A stretch of 64,000 bases of DNA. Source: Eubacteriales bacterium (lineage in GTDB: Bacteria > Bacillota > Clostridia > Oscillospirales > CAG-272). The notes under the pieces were generated by a model. The model saw only the letters and a program-made list of their open reading frames with translations, made no database searches and was not told the DNA's origin. Of the stretch, positions 29,226 to 38,436 are shown piece by piece. Positions within the stretch are counted from its first letter, which is position 1; each line of letters starts with the position of its first letter. Made by a program: the position numbers and the translations under genes. The stretch spans positions 81,842-145,841 of the forward strand of contig JAZTWO010000076.1 of assembly GCA_045635885.1 (NCBI GenBank), given 5' to 3'.

Positions 29226-29782
29226 TTGGTTTTGCTATTACAGGATCGTTTTGCACGATTTTGCGATCATTGGAAGTGATGAAAAGTCTTGTTTCAAATG
29301 GTTATGAGGTGTTACCAATAATGAGCGAAAATGCGTTTAGCACCGACACAAGATTTGGCGAGGCGGATAATATTAAAAAGCAAATTGAAAGGATTTGTCA
29401 AAGACCAATAATTCACAGTATTGTAGATGCCGAGCCGTTAGGGCCTAAAACAAAATTGGATGCTATGTTGATATGCCCGTGTACGGGTAACACACTTTCA
29501 AAATTGGCAAATGGTATCACAGATACAAGTGTCACCATGGCTGCTAAAGCTCATTTAAGAAACGACAAACCACTTGTTATTTCTTTAGCATCAAATGATG
29601 CGTTGTCTGGCAATCTTAAGAATATAGCAACGCTTTTATCCCGAAAGAACGTATATTTTACGCCAATGGTACAAGATGATCCAATCAATAAGCCACATTC
29701 ACTTGTAACAGATTTTTCATTGGTTGAAAGCGCATTGGAAAACGCACTAAAAGGGAAGCAAATGTACAAAATATTTCTATAA
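29222..29782 (+). CDS. dpaB: Dipicolinate synthase subunit B (flavoprotein)
   Basis: GFAITGSFCT, NTRFGE, AEPLGPK, CPCTGNTLSKLANGITD and MAAKAHLRN align along the whole length with B. subtilis SpoVFB as I remember it. Confidence 0.9.
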   Translation: MIGFAITGSFCTILRSLEVMKSLVSNGYEVLPIMSENAFSTDTRFGEADNIKKQIERICQRPIIHSIVDAEPLGPKTKLDAMLICPCTGNTLSKLANGITDTSVTMAAKAHLRNDKPLVISLASNDALSGNLKNIATLLSRKNVYFTPMVQDDPINKPHSLVTDFSLVESALENALKGKQMYKIFL

Positions 29783-29784
29783 CA

Positions 29785-29816
29785 AAAGGTGTTATCCACA
29801 CTTGGATAACACCTTT
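29785..29816. terminator. Shared convergent-gene hairpin (dpaB / nrdG)
   Basis: AAAGGTGTTATCCA / TGGATAACACCTTT 14-bp perfect stem with a 4-nt loop. The U-run is better on the minus-strand (nrdG) side. Confidence 0.6.
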
Positions 29817-29820
29817 AAGG

Positions 29821-30381
29821 TTATTCATAAATGTTGTTATTGCCCATTTTTCTTTCCCAAACTCCATCAAGAAGAATCATTTTAGATTGAGTAAGAGAAG
29901 CTTTTACGTCAATGATATTTTGATTTGAAGAACCTCTAAAACGCAAAGCAGGATTTTTTAATTCCTCAACAAATTTGCCATCAACAAGAACGTCAATTAA
30001 AGATAGCATTTCCATAATATTTTCTTCGGATGCTTTAGCTTTGGGAAGCAAATCGTTTTCAAAGCAGAATCCTGAATAACACCAAATACTTTTATTTGGC
30101 AATTTTTCTTTAAATTGTTTTAGCAGATCAATCAATGCTTTTTGGTTTTCGGGTTCAAATGGCTCGCCACCAAGAAGAGTTAGTCCTTCTACAAATGAGG
30201 GCTCGGTTAAATTGATAATTTTATCAATTTCTGTTTGAGTAAAAGGAGAGCCGAAATTAAAATTCCATGTTTCAGGATTAAAACATCCTTTGCAGTGGTG
30301 TCTGCATCCACTAACGAAAAGTGAAGTTCTAACGCCGGGACCATTTGCTATATCATTTTCACGAATAAGTGCATAATTCAT
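29821..30381 (-). CDS. nrdG: Anaerobic ribonucleoside-triphosphate reductase activating protein
   Basis: IANGPGVRTSLFVSGCRHHCKGCFN radical-SAM motif. I place the start at MNYALI (30381). The track's 13-aa extension is translation through the intercistronic hairpin. Confidence 0.9.
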   Translation of the reverse strand: MNYALIRENDIANGPGVRTSLFVSGCRHHCKGCFNPETWNFNFGSPFTQTEIDKIINLTEPSFVEGLTLLGGEPFEPENQKALIDLLKQFKEKLPNKSIWCYSGFCFENDLLPKAKASEENIMEMLSLIDVLVDGKFVEELKNPALRFRGSSNQNIIDVKASLTQSKMILLDGVWERKMGNNNIYE

Positions 30382-30399
30382 ATAAAATCCTTTGATTAA

Positions 30400-30427
30400 C
30401 AATCCCTTGCAAAAATGCAAGGGATTG
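30400..30427 (-). other. Intercistronic hairpin between nrdD and nrdG
   Basis: CAATCCCTTGCA / TGCAAGGGATTG 12-bp perfect stem with a 4-nt loop and no U-run. It could be a processing/stability element or attenuator. Confidence 0.5.
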
Positions 30428-30435
30428 AATTTTTA

Positions 30436-32610
30436 TTAAAGATGAAGAACTCGTTCTTTAATTTCCTGTGTTCTTCCTTGGTTCCAATACTGAGTTCCAA
30501 TGTATCCGCAAGTGCGTCTAGCAACGTTCATTGTTGATTGATCTGTGTTGCCGCAGTTGGGACATTTCCAAACCAACTTGCCGTCTTCTTCAACAACCTC
30601 GATTTCGCCATCAAATCCACATGCTTGACAGTAATCGCTTTTTGTATTGAGTTCGGCATACATAATGTTATCATAAATAAATCTCATAACTGAAATTACA
30701 GCATCAATGTTATTTTGCATATTGGGAACTTCAACATACGAGATTGCTCCACCGGGGGAAAGCGCCTGGAATTTTGATTCAATTGCAAGTTTTTTAAAGG
30801 CATCAATTTCCTCGGTAACGTGAATGTGATAACTGTTTGTAATATATGTTTTGTCGGTAATATTTTTAATTATTCCAAAACGTTTTTGCAAGCATTTTGC
30901 AAATTTGTAGGTTGTGCTTTCAAGGGGAGTGCCGTAAAGTGAATAGTCAATGCACTCGTCTGCCTTCCATTTTGCAGTATATTCATTGAGCTTTTTCATA
31001 ATCTCAAGTCCGAGCTTTTCGCCCTCGGGCTCGGTCAACTTTTGGCCGTTCAATGAAAGAACGCATTCCCAAAGACCTGCATATCCAAGAGAAATTGTGG
31101 AATATCCACCGTGAAGATACTTATCAATGGTTTCGCCTTTGGGGAGACGGAGAAGAGCACCGTGTTGCCAAAGAATAGGCGCAGCATCAGAAACAGTTCC
31201 TGTCAATCTTTCGTGACGGCATTGGAGCGCTCTATGGCAAAGCTCCATTCTTTCGTCGAAGATTTGCCAGAATTTTTCCATATCACCATCGGCAGAAAGA
31301 CCGATATCAACAAGGTTAACTGTTACAACGCCCTGGTTAAATCTACCGTAGTACTTTGGCTGACCGTTTTCATCAATATATGGAGTCAAAAAGCTTCTGC
31401 AACCCATACAGGTGTAGCAATGGCCCTCTCCGTTTTTATCAATTTTGTTTTGCAACATAATCTTTTCAGAAATATAGTCGGGAACCATTCGCTTTGCGGT
31501 GCATTTAGCTGCAAGCTTTGTAAGGTAGAAATAGGGACTATCTTCGTGTACATTATCTTCTTCAAGAACATAAATGAGCTTGGGGAAGGCAGGAGTAACC
31601 CAAACACCTTTTTCATTTTTTACACCCTTGTATCTTTGTTTTAATGTTTCCTCGATAATGATGGCAAGGTCTTTCTTTTCACGCTCATTTTTAGCTTCGT
31701 TAAGATACATAAATACAGTAACGAAGGGAGCTTGTCCGTTTGTTGTCATAAGGGTTACAACCTGATATTGAATGGTTTGAACACCACTTCTGATTTCTTC
31801 AAGAAGACGCTCTTCGGTAATTCTGTCAATATCTTCAATGCTTACGTCGGGATTAATGCTTTTAAGTTCTTTTTCAACCCTAATTCTTATTTTTTTGCGG
31901 CTTATGTCAACAAATGGCGCAAGATGAGTTAAACTTATACTTTGTCCACCGTATTGGCAAGATGCAACTTGGGCAATAATCTGAGTGGCAATATTGCATG
32001 CAGTTGAAAAACTGTGTGGCTTTTCAATCATTGTTCCACTTATTACAGTACCGTTTTGAAGCATGTCCTCAAGGTTAACAAGGTCGCAGTTATGCATGTG
32101 TTGAGCAAAGTAATCGGAATCATGAAAGTGAATAATTCCTTTTTCATGCGCTTCAACTATGTCTGCAGGGAGCAAAATTCGTTTTGTGATGTCCTTGCTT
32201 ACTTCACCTGCCATATAGTCACGTTGAACACTGTTTACAGTGGGATTCTTGTTTGAGTTTTCTTGCTTAACCTCTTCATTGTTGCACTCAATCAAACTAA
32301 GAATCTGCTCATCAGTTGTATTAGATTTTCTAATAAGAGCATGGTTATAACGGTATGTGATATATCGTCTTGCAACGTCAAACGCACGTTGATTCATAAT
32401 CTGATCTTCAACCATATCTTGAATTTCTTCAACGTTTAATGATCTATTCATATGAAGAGCAGCCATTTCAACATCTTCTGCAATACGTTTGATTTGAATT
32501 TCTGACATTCTTGCGCTAGGAACAACGCTTTCGTTAGCTTTAGTAACAGCTATTACAATTTTTTGTGGGTCAAAAGTAACTTCTGAACCGTTTCGCTTAA
32601 TGATTTTCAT
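30436..32610 (-). CDS. nrdD: Anaerobic (class III) ribonucleoside-triphosphate reductase
   Basis: 724 aa with an N-terminal ATP cone, a C-terminal zinc ribbon CQACGF...CPNCGN, and the glycyl-radical motif RRTCGYIG. Confidence 0.96.
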   Translation of the reverse strand: MKIIKRNGSEVTFDPQKIVIAVTKANESVVPSARMSEIQIKRIAEDVEMAALHMNRSLNVEEIQDMVEDQIMNQRAFDVARRYITYRYNHALIRKSNTTDEQILSLIECNNEEVKQENSNKNPTVNSVQRDYMAGEVSKDITKRILLPADIVEAHEKGIIHFHDSDYFAQHMHNCDLVNLEDMLQNGTVISGTMIEKPHSFSTACNIATQIIAQVASCQYGGQSISLTHLAPFVDISRKKIRIRVEKELKSINPDVSIEDIDRITEERLLEEIRSGVQTIQYQVVTLMTTNGQAPFVTVFMYLNEAKNEREKKDLAIIIEETLKQRYKGVKNEKGVWVTPAFPKLIYVLEEDNVHEDSPYFYLTKLAAKCTAKRMVPDYISEKIMLQNKIDKNGEGHCYTCMGCRSFLTPYIDENGQPKYYGRFNQGVVTVNLVDIGLSADGDMEKFWQIFDERMELCHRALQCRHERLTGTVSDAAPILWQHGALLRLPKGETIDKYLHGGYSTISLGYAGLWECVLSLNGQKLTEPEGEKLGLEIMKKLNEYTAKWKADECIDYSLYGTPLESTTYKFAKCLQKRFGIIKNITDKTYITNSYHIHVTEEIDAFKKLAIESKFQALSPGGAISYVEVPNMQNNIDAVISVMRFIYDNIMYAELNTKSDYCQACGFDGEIEVVEEDGKLVWKCPNCGNTDQSTMNVARRTCGYIGTQYWNQGRTQEIKERVLHL

Positions 32611-32660
32611 GTTTCCTCCTAAATAAATATATGTAAAATGAACTAAAATTCGACATTCTA

Positions 32661-32690
32661 ATTATATACTATATATTGTGTTAAAGTCAA
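32661..32690 (-). promoter_or_regulatory. Sigma-A promoter of nrdDG
   Basis: On the minus strand: TTGACT (32690-32685), an 18-nt spacer, TATAAT (32666-32661). Confidence 0.55.
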
Positions 32691-32712
32691 GAGAAAAATC
32701 TATATATTGTTA
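32666..32712 (-). promoter_or_regulatory. Two tandem NrdR boxes
   Basis: ATACTATATATTGTGT (32666-32681) and AATCTATATATTGTTA (32697-32712) both fit the 16-bp NrdR palindrome acaCwAtATaTwGtgt. Their centre-to-centre distance is 31 bp, and box 1 lies in the -35/-10 spacer. Confidence 0.72.
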
Positions 32713-32874
32713 TTTTTTGTAAGAAGTGACAATTTACAAATAAAATTTTTAACTATTTTGCTATATTTTATTATTTTAAGGAATTTTTAAGGTTGATATT
32801 TTATCATTATAATGTAAAATAATAACACATCCAAATGGGTGTGAATCTACAATAATTTTTATATAGGTGTGATT

Positions 32875-35595
32875 ATGTTAGAACTTGTAAACATTCGAAA
32901 AACTTACGGCAAAGATGAATCAGCCGTAGAGGCGCTTAAGGGCGTCAGTTTAAAGTTCCGTGAGAGCGAGTTTGTATCCATACTTGGTCAGTCAGGTTGT
33001 GGTAAGACAACATTGCTTAATATTGTTGGCGGTCTTGACCAATACACAAGCGGTGATCTTATCATCAATAACACTTCAACCAAGGATTTTACAGATGCGG
33101 ATTGGGATACTTACAGAAACCACTCCATCGGCTTTATTTTCCAGAGTTATAATCTTATAGCTCACCAAACAGTATTGGCTAACGTTGAATTGGCTCTTAC
33201 TCTTAGTGGTATTTCAAAGCACGAAAGAAGAAAGAGAGCAGTTCAGGCGCTTGATAAGGTTGGTCTTCGTTCACAAATGAACAAACGTCCCAATCAGCTT
33301 TCAGGTGGTCAGATGCAGAGAGTTGCAATTGCAAGAGCTCTTATTAACAACCCCGACATTTTGCTTGCGGATGAACCCACGGGTGCTCTTGACTCTGAAA
33401 CAAGCGTTCAGGTAATGGATCTTTTGAAGGAAATTGCAAAAGATAGACTTGTTATCATGGTTACTCATAACCCTGAACTTGCAGAGCAGTATTCAACCCG
33501 TATCATCAATCTTCGTGACGGTAACCTTGTTGGTGACTCCAATCCTTTCGACGGAACAATTGATGAAGAAGAATATCGTCAAATTCAGATTAGAAAACAA
33601 TCTGTCAAGAAAAAGAAGAAAGCATCAATGTCCTTCTGGACTGCAATGTCACTTTCATTCAATAACTTGATGACCAAAAAGGGAAGAACCTTCCTCACTT
33701 CTTTTGCTGGATCAATTGGTATTATTGGTATTGCCTTGATTCTTGCGGTTTCAACCGGTGTTGATGCATATATTCAGTCAATAGAAGAAGATACTATGTC
33801 TTCATATCCTTTGCAAATTCAAAGAAGTGCTATGGATGCAACTGCTATGATGACTTCTATGATGCAAGTTGCAGAATCGACAACAACTTCTAAACTTGAG
33901 CCCGGAAAAGTTCATTCAAGTCAAATTATGACTCAAATGATGACAGGAATGACTGGTTCAACAACAACAAACAACCTTAAGAAATTTAAGCAGTTCCTTG
34001 ATTCAAATCCTGAAATATGGGATCTTTGCACTGATATTAAGTACGAATATGAGCCCAACTGGAATGTTTACTATAAATTAGAAGACGGAACATACAGAAA
34101 TAGTTCAACGGGTCTTGAACAAATGTATGAATCCATGGGTCTTACAGGTCTTTCCAAGGATATGATGGAAAGTATGAGTGCTATGTCCGGAAATATGGCT
34201 GCTTCAACAGGTTGGACGGAGCTTGTTGGTACACTTGACAATTTGAAAACCGAATATGAACTTGTTGACGGTAAATATCCCGAAAGTACGGATGAAATTG
34301 TGTTGATAGTTAACAGAAATAATCAGATTTCAGACTATTCACTTTATCTTCTTGGTATATTGGATTTTGCAGACGTTGAAGAGTATATGGAGCTTGCTAT
34401 TAAAGCACAGATTGCAGGAACAAAGTTTGAATATGAATTTCCTGAGGTAAGCTATACTTATGAGGAAATTTATGACTTTGATTTTAAGGTAATGCTTTAT
34501 AGTGACGGTTATACTATGGACGGTTCAAAGGTTCAAAAACTTGAAACCGATGGTGAACTTTTCAAAGAACGTCTTGAAAACGCAATGCAGCTTAAGATTG
34601 TTGGTATAGTGCGTCCCACTGACGAAACTGCGGATATGTCTAATATTGGTACTATTGGCTATCTTACATCACTTAAGGATGAGTTGATTAAAAAAGCCAA
34701 CAACAGTGCGGTTGTAAAAGCGCAGCTTAAGAATCCTGAGGTTGACGTGTTCACAGGAATTAGATTCGATTCTGAGGGATACACATTGGATAGTTTCCCA
34801 TTAGTTAAGGAAATGATTGAAAAGTTCCCCTCAATTGACACAACATTTATTCTTGACTATATAATTGAAAGCTTGAATATGCCTTATTTGAAGGATATTG
34901 TTTCTCAATATGTTCCAACAAATGCGGAATCTATGATGAATATAATTCTCAACTACCTCAACAAGAATAGAGTTACTGAAAACACATATGAAGAAAACCT
35001 TCAAATGCTTGGCTATGTAGATATTAACAACCCCACATCAATTTCTATTTACCCCAAGAATTTTGAGGCAAAGGAAAGAGTAAATGCAATTATAGCTGAA
35101 TATAATGATCGACAGAGTGAGGACGATAAAATTGTTTATACTGATACCATTGCCTTGCTTATGAGCTCAGTAACAACAATTCTTGACGCAATTTCATACG
35201 TATTGATTGCATTTGTTGCAATTTCGCTTGTGGTATCTTCAATTATGATTGGTATTATCACATATATTTCAGTTCTTGAAAGAACAAAGGAAATTGGTAT
35301 TCTTCGTGCAATTGGTGCATCTAAGAAGGATATTGCCCGTGTATTTGATGCAGAAACGTTATTCGTTGGATTTGTTGCAGGTTTGATAGGTATTGTTTGC
35401 TCGCTTGGTTTGATTATAATTATCAATATCATTTTGTATCACTTCACAGGTATTGCAAATCTTCAGGCAGTTCTTAAACCTTTGCCCGCAATCATCTTGG
35501 TTGCAATCAGTATGGGACTTACATTCATTGCTGGATTGTTCCCATCAAAGACAGCTTCTAATAAAGACCCTGTAATTGCTCTTAGATCAGAATAA
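32875..35595 (+). CDS. Fused ABC transporter: MacB/LolD-type ATPase + FtsX-type permease with very large extracytoplasmic domain
   Basis: Walker A GQSGCGKTT, signature LSGGQMQR, Walker B LLADEPT. These are followed by TM1, about 460 aa of non-hydrophobic sequence, and three C-terminal FtsX helices. ATG at 32875. Confidence 0.87.
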   Translation: MLELVNIRKTYGKDESAVEALKGVSLKFRESEFVSILGQSGCGKTTLLNIVGGLDQYTSGDLIINNTSTKDFTDADWDTYRNHSIGFIFQSYNLIAHQTVLANVELALTLSGISKHERRKRAVQALDKVGLRSQMNKRPNQLSGGQMQRVAIARALINNPDILLADEPTGALDSETSVQVMDLLKEIAKDRLVIMVTHNPELAEQYSTRIINLRDGNLVGDSNPFDGTIDEEEYRQIQIRKQSVKKKKKASMSFWTAMSLSFNNLMTKKGRTFLTSFAGSIGIIGIALILAVSTGVDAYIQSIEEDTMSSYPLQIQRSAMDATAMMTSMMQVAESTTTSKLEPGKVHSSQIMTQMMTGMTGSTTTNNLKKFKQFLDSNPEIWDLCTDIKYEYEPNWNVYYKLEDGTYRNSSTGLEQMYESMGLTGLSKDMMESMSAMSGNMAASTGWTELVGTLDNLKTEYELVDGKYPESTDEIVLIVNRNNQISDYSLYLLGILDFADVEEYMELAIKAQIAGTKFEYEFPEVSYTYEEIYDFDFKVMLYSDGYTMDGSKVQKLETDGELFKERLENAMQLKIVGIVRPTDETADMSNIGTIGYLTSLKDELIKKANNSAVVKAQLKNPEVDVFTGIRFDSEGYTLDSFPLVKEMIEKFPSIDTTFILDYIIESLNMPYLKDIVSQYVPTNAESMMNIILNYLNKNRVTENTYEENLQMLGYVDINNPTSISIYPKNFEAKERVNAIIAEYNDRQSEDDKIVYTDTIALLMSSVTTILDAISYVLIAFVAISLVVSSIMIGIITYISVLERTKEIGILRAIGASKKDIARVFDAETLFVGFVAGLIGIVCSLGLIIIINIILYHFTGIANLQAVLKPLPAIILVAISMGLTFIAGLFPSKTASNKDPVIALRSE

Positions 35596-35609
35596 GAAAG
35601 AGTGCTAAT

Positions 35610-36017
35610 ATGAGAAACTTTTTAATCAGAGCTTTAGGAAAATTCAGAACATTTATGTATGGCAGAAATGGTGTTGATGCTTTTTCAAAGTTCACACTTA
35701 TCTCTTCGGTGGTTATTTTCTTAATCTATGGATTTTGGCCATATGGAATAGTCAAATTCATTTTGGGTTTAATTACTTATGGACTTATGATATACACTTA
35801 TTTTAGAATTTTCTCTAAAAATGTATATAAAAGGGTTAAAGAAAATAAAAAATATCTTGGCATTGTTAATATGAGCAAAACAAGATGGAAGCAGAGAAAA
35901 ACTCATAAATTTTATAAATGTCCTAAATGCAAAACGTGGTTGAGAGTACCTAAGGGTAGGGGAAAAATCACTATTACATGTGTAAAATGCTCAACTAAAT
36001 TTGATAAAAAAACATAA
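35610..36017 (+). CDS. Membrane protein with C-terminal zinc ribbon
   Basis: Two hydrophobic helices followed by CPKC-x17-CVKC. It lies 14 nt after the ABC gene. Confidence 0.5.
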   Translation: MRNFLIRALGKFRTFMYGRNGVDAFSKFTLISSVVIFLIYGFWPYGIVKFILGLITYGLMIYTYFRIFSKNVYKRVKENKKYLGIVNMSKTRWKQRKTHKFYKCPKCKTWLRVPKGRGKITITCVKCSTKFDKKT

Positions 36018-36020
36018 CTT

Positions 36021-36048
36021 CAAGGCGGTGACTGTGGTCACCGCCTTG
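36021..36048 (+). terminator. Hairpin terminator
   Basis: CAAGGCGGTGAC / GTCACCGCCTTG 12-bp GC-rich stem with a weak U-run. Confidence 0.6.
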
Positions 36049-36101
36049 CTTGTATTATTGAGTTATAAACGGTTAATAATTTACCAAAGGATGTGATTAA
36101 A

Positions 36102-37073
36102 ATGTGTACAGCGATTAGCTTTAAAGCCAAAAATCATTATTTTGGAAGGAATTTGGATCTTGAGTTTAGATATGACGAAAAGGTGACAATAACACCAAGA
36201 AACTTTGAGTTAAATTTTAAATCCATAAACGGAATAAAAAATCATTATGCAATTGTTGGAATGGCAACTGTTGTTGATAATTACCCATTGTATTATGATG
36301 GCACAAATGATCGTGGATTGAGCATTGCGGCATTAAATTTTGTGGGTAATGCGAGCTGGAATGTGAAAAATGATTCAAAAATTAATCTTTCGCCGTTTGA
36401 GATAATACCCTATATACTCTCAAAATGTGCTTCGGTGAAAGAAGTTTTGCCTTTGCTAAATCAAATTAATATTGTGGATATTCCGTTTAATAAAACTTTA
36501 GAAAATTCACAATTGCATTGGATGATTTCTGACGAAAATGAAAGTATTGTGCTTGAATGTGTAAAAGATGGTTTGAAAATTCATAAAAATCCCACGGGAG
36601 TTTTAACCAATAATCCACCATTTGAATACCAAATGATGAATCTAAACAATTATATGGGTTTGTCAAATGGTGAAGCAAAAAACAAGTTTTCGTCAAGCAT
36701 GAATTTAAAACCGTATAGCAGAGGAATGGGCGCACTTGGTTTGCCGGGGGATTTATCCTCGCAATCAAGATTTGTTCGCGCAGCATTCACTTTGCTGAAT
36801 TCCGTTAAACCACAGGACGATATTGAGGGTCTAACACAGGCATTTCATATATTAAATTCGGTTGAGCAACAAGAAGGGTGCGTTGTGTTTGATGGTAAAT
36901 TTGAACGAACACAATATACAAGTTGTTGTGATACAAATAGGGGGATATATTACTACAAAACCTATGAAAACAATCAAATAAATGCAGTGGATATGTTTAA
37001 GGAAAATCTTGACTCCAAGGAGTTAATTTCCTTTGAATTGAGCTATAAACAACAAATAAGATATATCAATTAA
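36102..37073 (+). CDS. Choloylglycine (bile salt) hydrolase family Ntn-hydrolase
   Basis: MCTAISF places the nucleophile Cys directly after Met. GRNLDLE, TNNPPF and SRFVRAAF motifs are typical of BSH/penicillin V acylase. The ATG at 36102 is preferred over the GTG at 36093. Confidence 0.85.
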   Translation: MCTAISFKAKNHYFGRNLDLEFRYDEKVTITPRNFELNFKSINGIKNHYAIVGMATVVDNYPLYYDGTNDRGLSIAALNFVGNASWNVKNDSKINLSPFEIIPYILSKCASVKEVLPLLNQINIVDIPFNKTLENSQLHWMISDENESIVLECVKDGLKIHKNPTGVLTNNPPFEYQMMNLNNYMGLSNGEAKNKFSSSMNLKPYSRGMGALGLPGDLSSQSRFVRAAFTLLNSVKPQDDIEGLTQAFHILNSVEQQEGCVVFDGKFERTQYTSCCDTNRGIYYYKTYENNQINAVDMFKENLDSKELISFELSYKQQIRYIN

Positions 37074-37099
37074 AACGCAACAAAAATCGTGCGAAACTA

Positions 37100-37128
37100 T
37101 TGACAAGAATGGCTATTAATGATATAAT
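37100..37128 (+). promoter_or_regulatory. Perfect-consensus sigma-A promoter of the type IV filament operon
   Basis: TTGACA (37100-37105), a 17-nt spacer, TATAAT (37123-37128). The leader to the ATG at 37211 is about 75 nt. Confidence 0.65.
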
Positions 37129-37210
37129 AATATGAATAAAAATGCAAATTTTTATCGAAGAAAAACGAATGAATTTTAAACCGATTTGTCTTAGAAAGGA
37201 GATTCCCGTG

Positions 37211-37630
37211 ATGAAAAAGAAAAAGGGCTTTACGCTTGTGGAATTGTTGGTAGTTATGTTAATATCATCCCTTATCTTGTCTTTGGTAGCGGGAACAATG
37301 ATTTTCATAACAAACTCGGCAGGAAGACTCATTCAAGAGGCAGAAGATATTGATATGGCAAAAAATATCGAAAAATATCTTAGGGGGCTTGACGTCGAGG
37401 GTTGGAATACCGTTGATTTGGACGACGATGGTAATTTAGTATTCAACGGAGAGGTAATTTTTACTAATACGGGGCTGACTAATAAAGATATTAATAAAGA
37501 TATAATAGAGGTTGAAGACGGATTTATTAAATGTTATCTAAAATTTGACAGTGGCAAAGAATTTGATTTTATTTTAGGTATAAACACTACTACACAATCT
37601 ACAACCGATGGAACGGAGGTACAACAATAA
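37211..37630 (+). CDS. Type IV prepilin-like protein (N-terminal cleavage/methylation domain)
   Basis: MKKKKG|FTLVELLVVMLISSLIL is a class III signal peptide with Glu5. AAAGGAG RBS lies 8 nt upstream of the ATG at 37211. 139 aa. Confidence 0.82.
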   Translation: MKKKKGFTLVELLVVMLISSLILSLVAGTMIFITNSAGRLIQEAEDIDMAKNIEKYLRGLDVEGWNTVDLDDDGNLVFNGEVIFTNTGLTNKDINKDIIEVEDGFIKCYLKFDSGKEFDFILGINTTTQSTTDGTEVQQ

Positions 37631-38382
37631 TGGCTCAAAATCAATGTATTTTTGAATATTCTAATTTTGGAAATGGCTATTTAAGAATCTATTTCCTTAC
37701 TGAAAGTAAACGTGTTGACAAAGAAATAATGATAGATCTTGAAAAATATCCCATTATCGAAGGCGTGGTGGCTGATATTGATCCTCTTGTTGAGAAAATT
37801 AAGCATGAATTAAACAGAGCTCATATAAAGGCAATTCAAAACCCACTTCTTCTTTTAAGATGTGTTGAAACTTATAAGAGCACTTTGTTCTTGCCAATCA
37901 AGAATTATTTCCAGGCGCAATATCACTATAAAAAAGAAGTTAAACTTAAGCACGATAAAGAGAATTTTATCGCACTTAACAATTCATATAAAAATGGTGT
38001 TGGTTATATTTTCAACACTTATTACATTCCTATTTCAGTTATTGAGTCATTCAATAAAATTGAAAAGGCACTTAATACTGAATTTGTTGGTGTTCAACCC
38101 CTTGGTATGTTCTTGGCAGACTTCCTTGATTTTAAAGGAAATTTTGTTTGCTTCCATATCAGAAAAAAAGCTTGCACAATGATTGTTGTGTTTGACAATG
38201 ATCTTATCACGTCTTATGACTTTGAAATTGAGAGCGATAAGGATATTTTAAACCGCTTCTTGCTTGTTGCAACCAAGCACGAATTTGAAGTTGAACGCAA
38301 GCAGATTGGTTACTATCATATCGACTCTGACGAGCCATATGAAATTGATCTTGGTGTTAAGAGATTTGGCAGAATTTATTAA
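37630..38382 (+). CDS. Hypothetical protein, weakly PilM-like (actin-fold assembly protein?)
   Basis: TAATG overlap with the upstream pilin gene. 250 aa with no TM helix. Only loose resemblance to PilM (EGVVADIDPLVEKIKHELNRAHIK...; VGVQPLGMFLADFL...CFHIRKKACTMIVVFDNDLITSYDFEI). Confidence 0.4.
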   Translation: MAQNQCIFEYSNFGNGYLRIYFLTESKRVDKEIMIDLEKYPIIEGVVADIDPLVEKIKHELNRAHIKAIQNPLLLLRCVETYKSTLFLPIKNYFQAQYHYKKEVKLKHDKENFIALNNSYKNGVGYIFNTYYIPISVIESFNKIEKALNTEFVGVQPLGMFLADFLDFKGNFVCFHIRKKACTMIVVFDNDLITSYDFEIESDKDILNRFLLVATKHEFEVERKQIGYYHIDSDEPYEIDLGVKRFGRIY

Positions 38383-38436
38383 TCAATGTATTTAAATTTT
38401 TGAGGAAAGGAGTTTCGCTTAGCGAGTAATTGGTTT

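Noticed and set aside
29792-29800. Perfect DnaA box TTATCCACA, with a near-copy on the other strand.
   Set aside because: It is a single box forming part of the dpaB/nrdG terminator stem. There is no cluster of boxes, no AT-rich unwinding element context, and no dnaA/dnaN nearby. One exact 9-mer in 64 kb is compatible with chance.
30382-30420. N-terminal extension of nrdG in the ORF track (MHFCKGLLIKGFY).
   Set aside because: The extension is the translated nrdD-nrdG hairpin. NrdG homologues begin near MNYA, and an AAAGGA RBS precedes the ATG at 30381.
31111-31644. 177-aa plus-strand ORF inside nrdD. The ORFs at 6275-6724, 20113-20544, 56083-56523 and 59357-59794 are similar cases.
   Set aside because: All are antisense shadows of well-supported genes. 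None has recognisable motifs or translation signals.
36092-36104. 12-nt identity GTGATTAAAATG at the starts of the bsh-like gene (36093) and glyQS (55702).
   Set aside because: It is a short AT-rich SD-spacer-ATG context. The similarity does not extend further and chance is a sufficient explanation.
37129-37210. Looked for a c-di-GMP riboswitch in the pilin leader (as upstream of C. difficile pilA1), and considered the in-frame upstream ATGs at 37142 and 37169 as a long type-IVb-like leader peptide.
   Set aside because: The leader is about 80 nt, AT-rich and without the conserved GC-rich riboswitch core. The AAAGGAG RBS is positioned for the ATG at 37211, giving a normal 6-residue basic leader.
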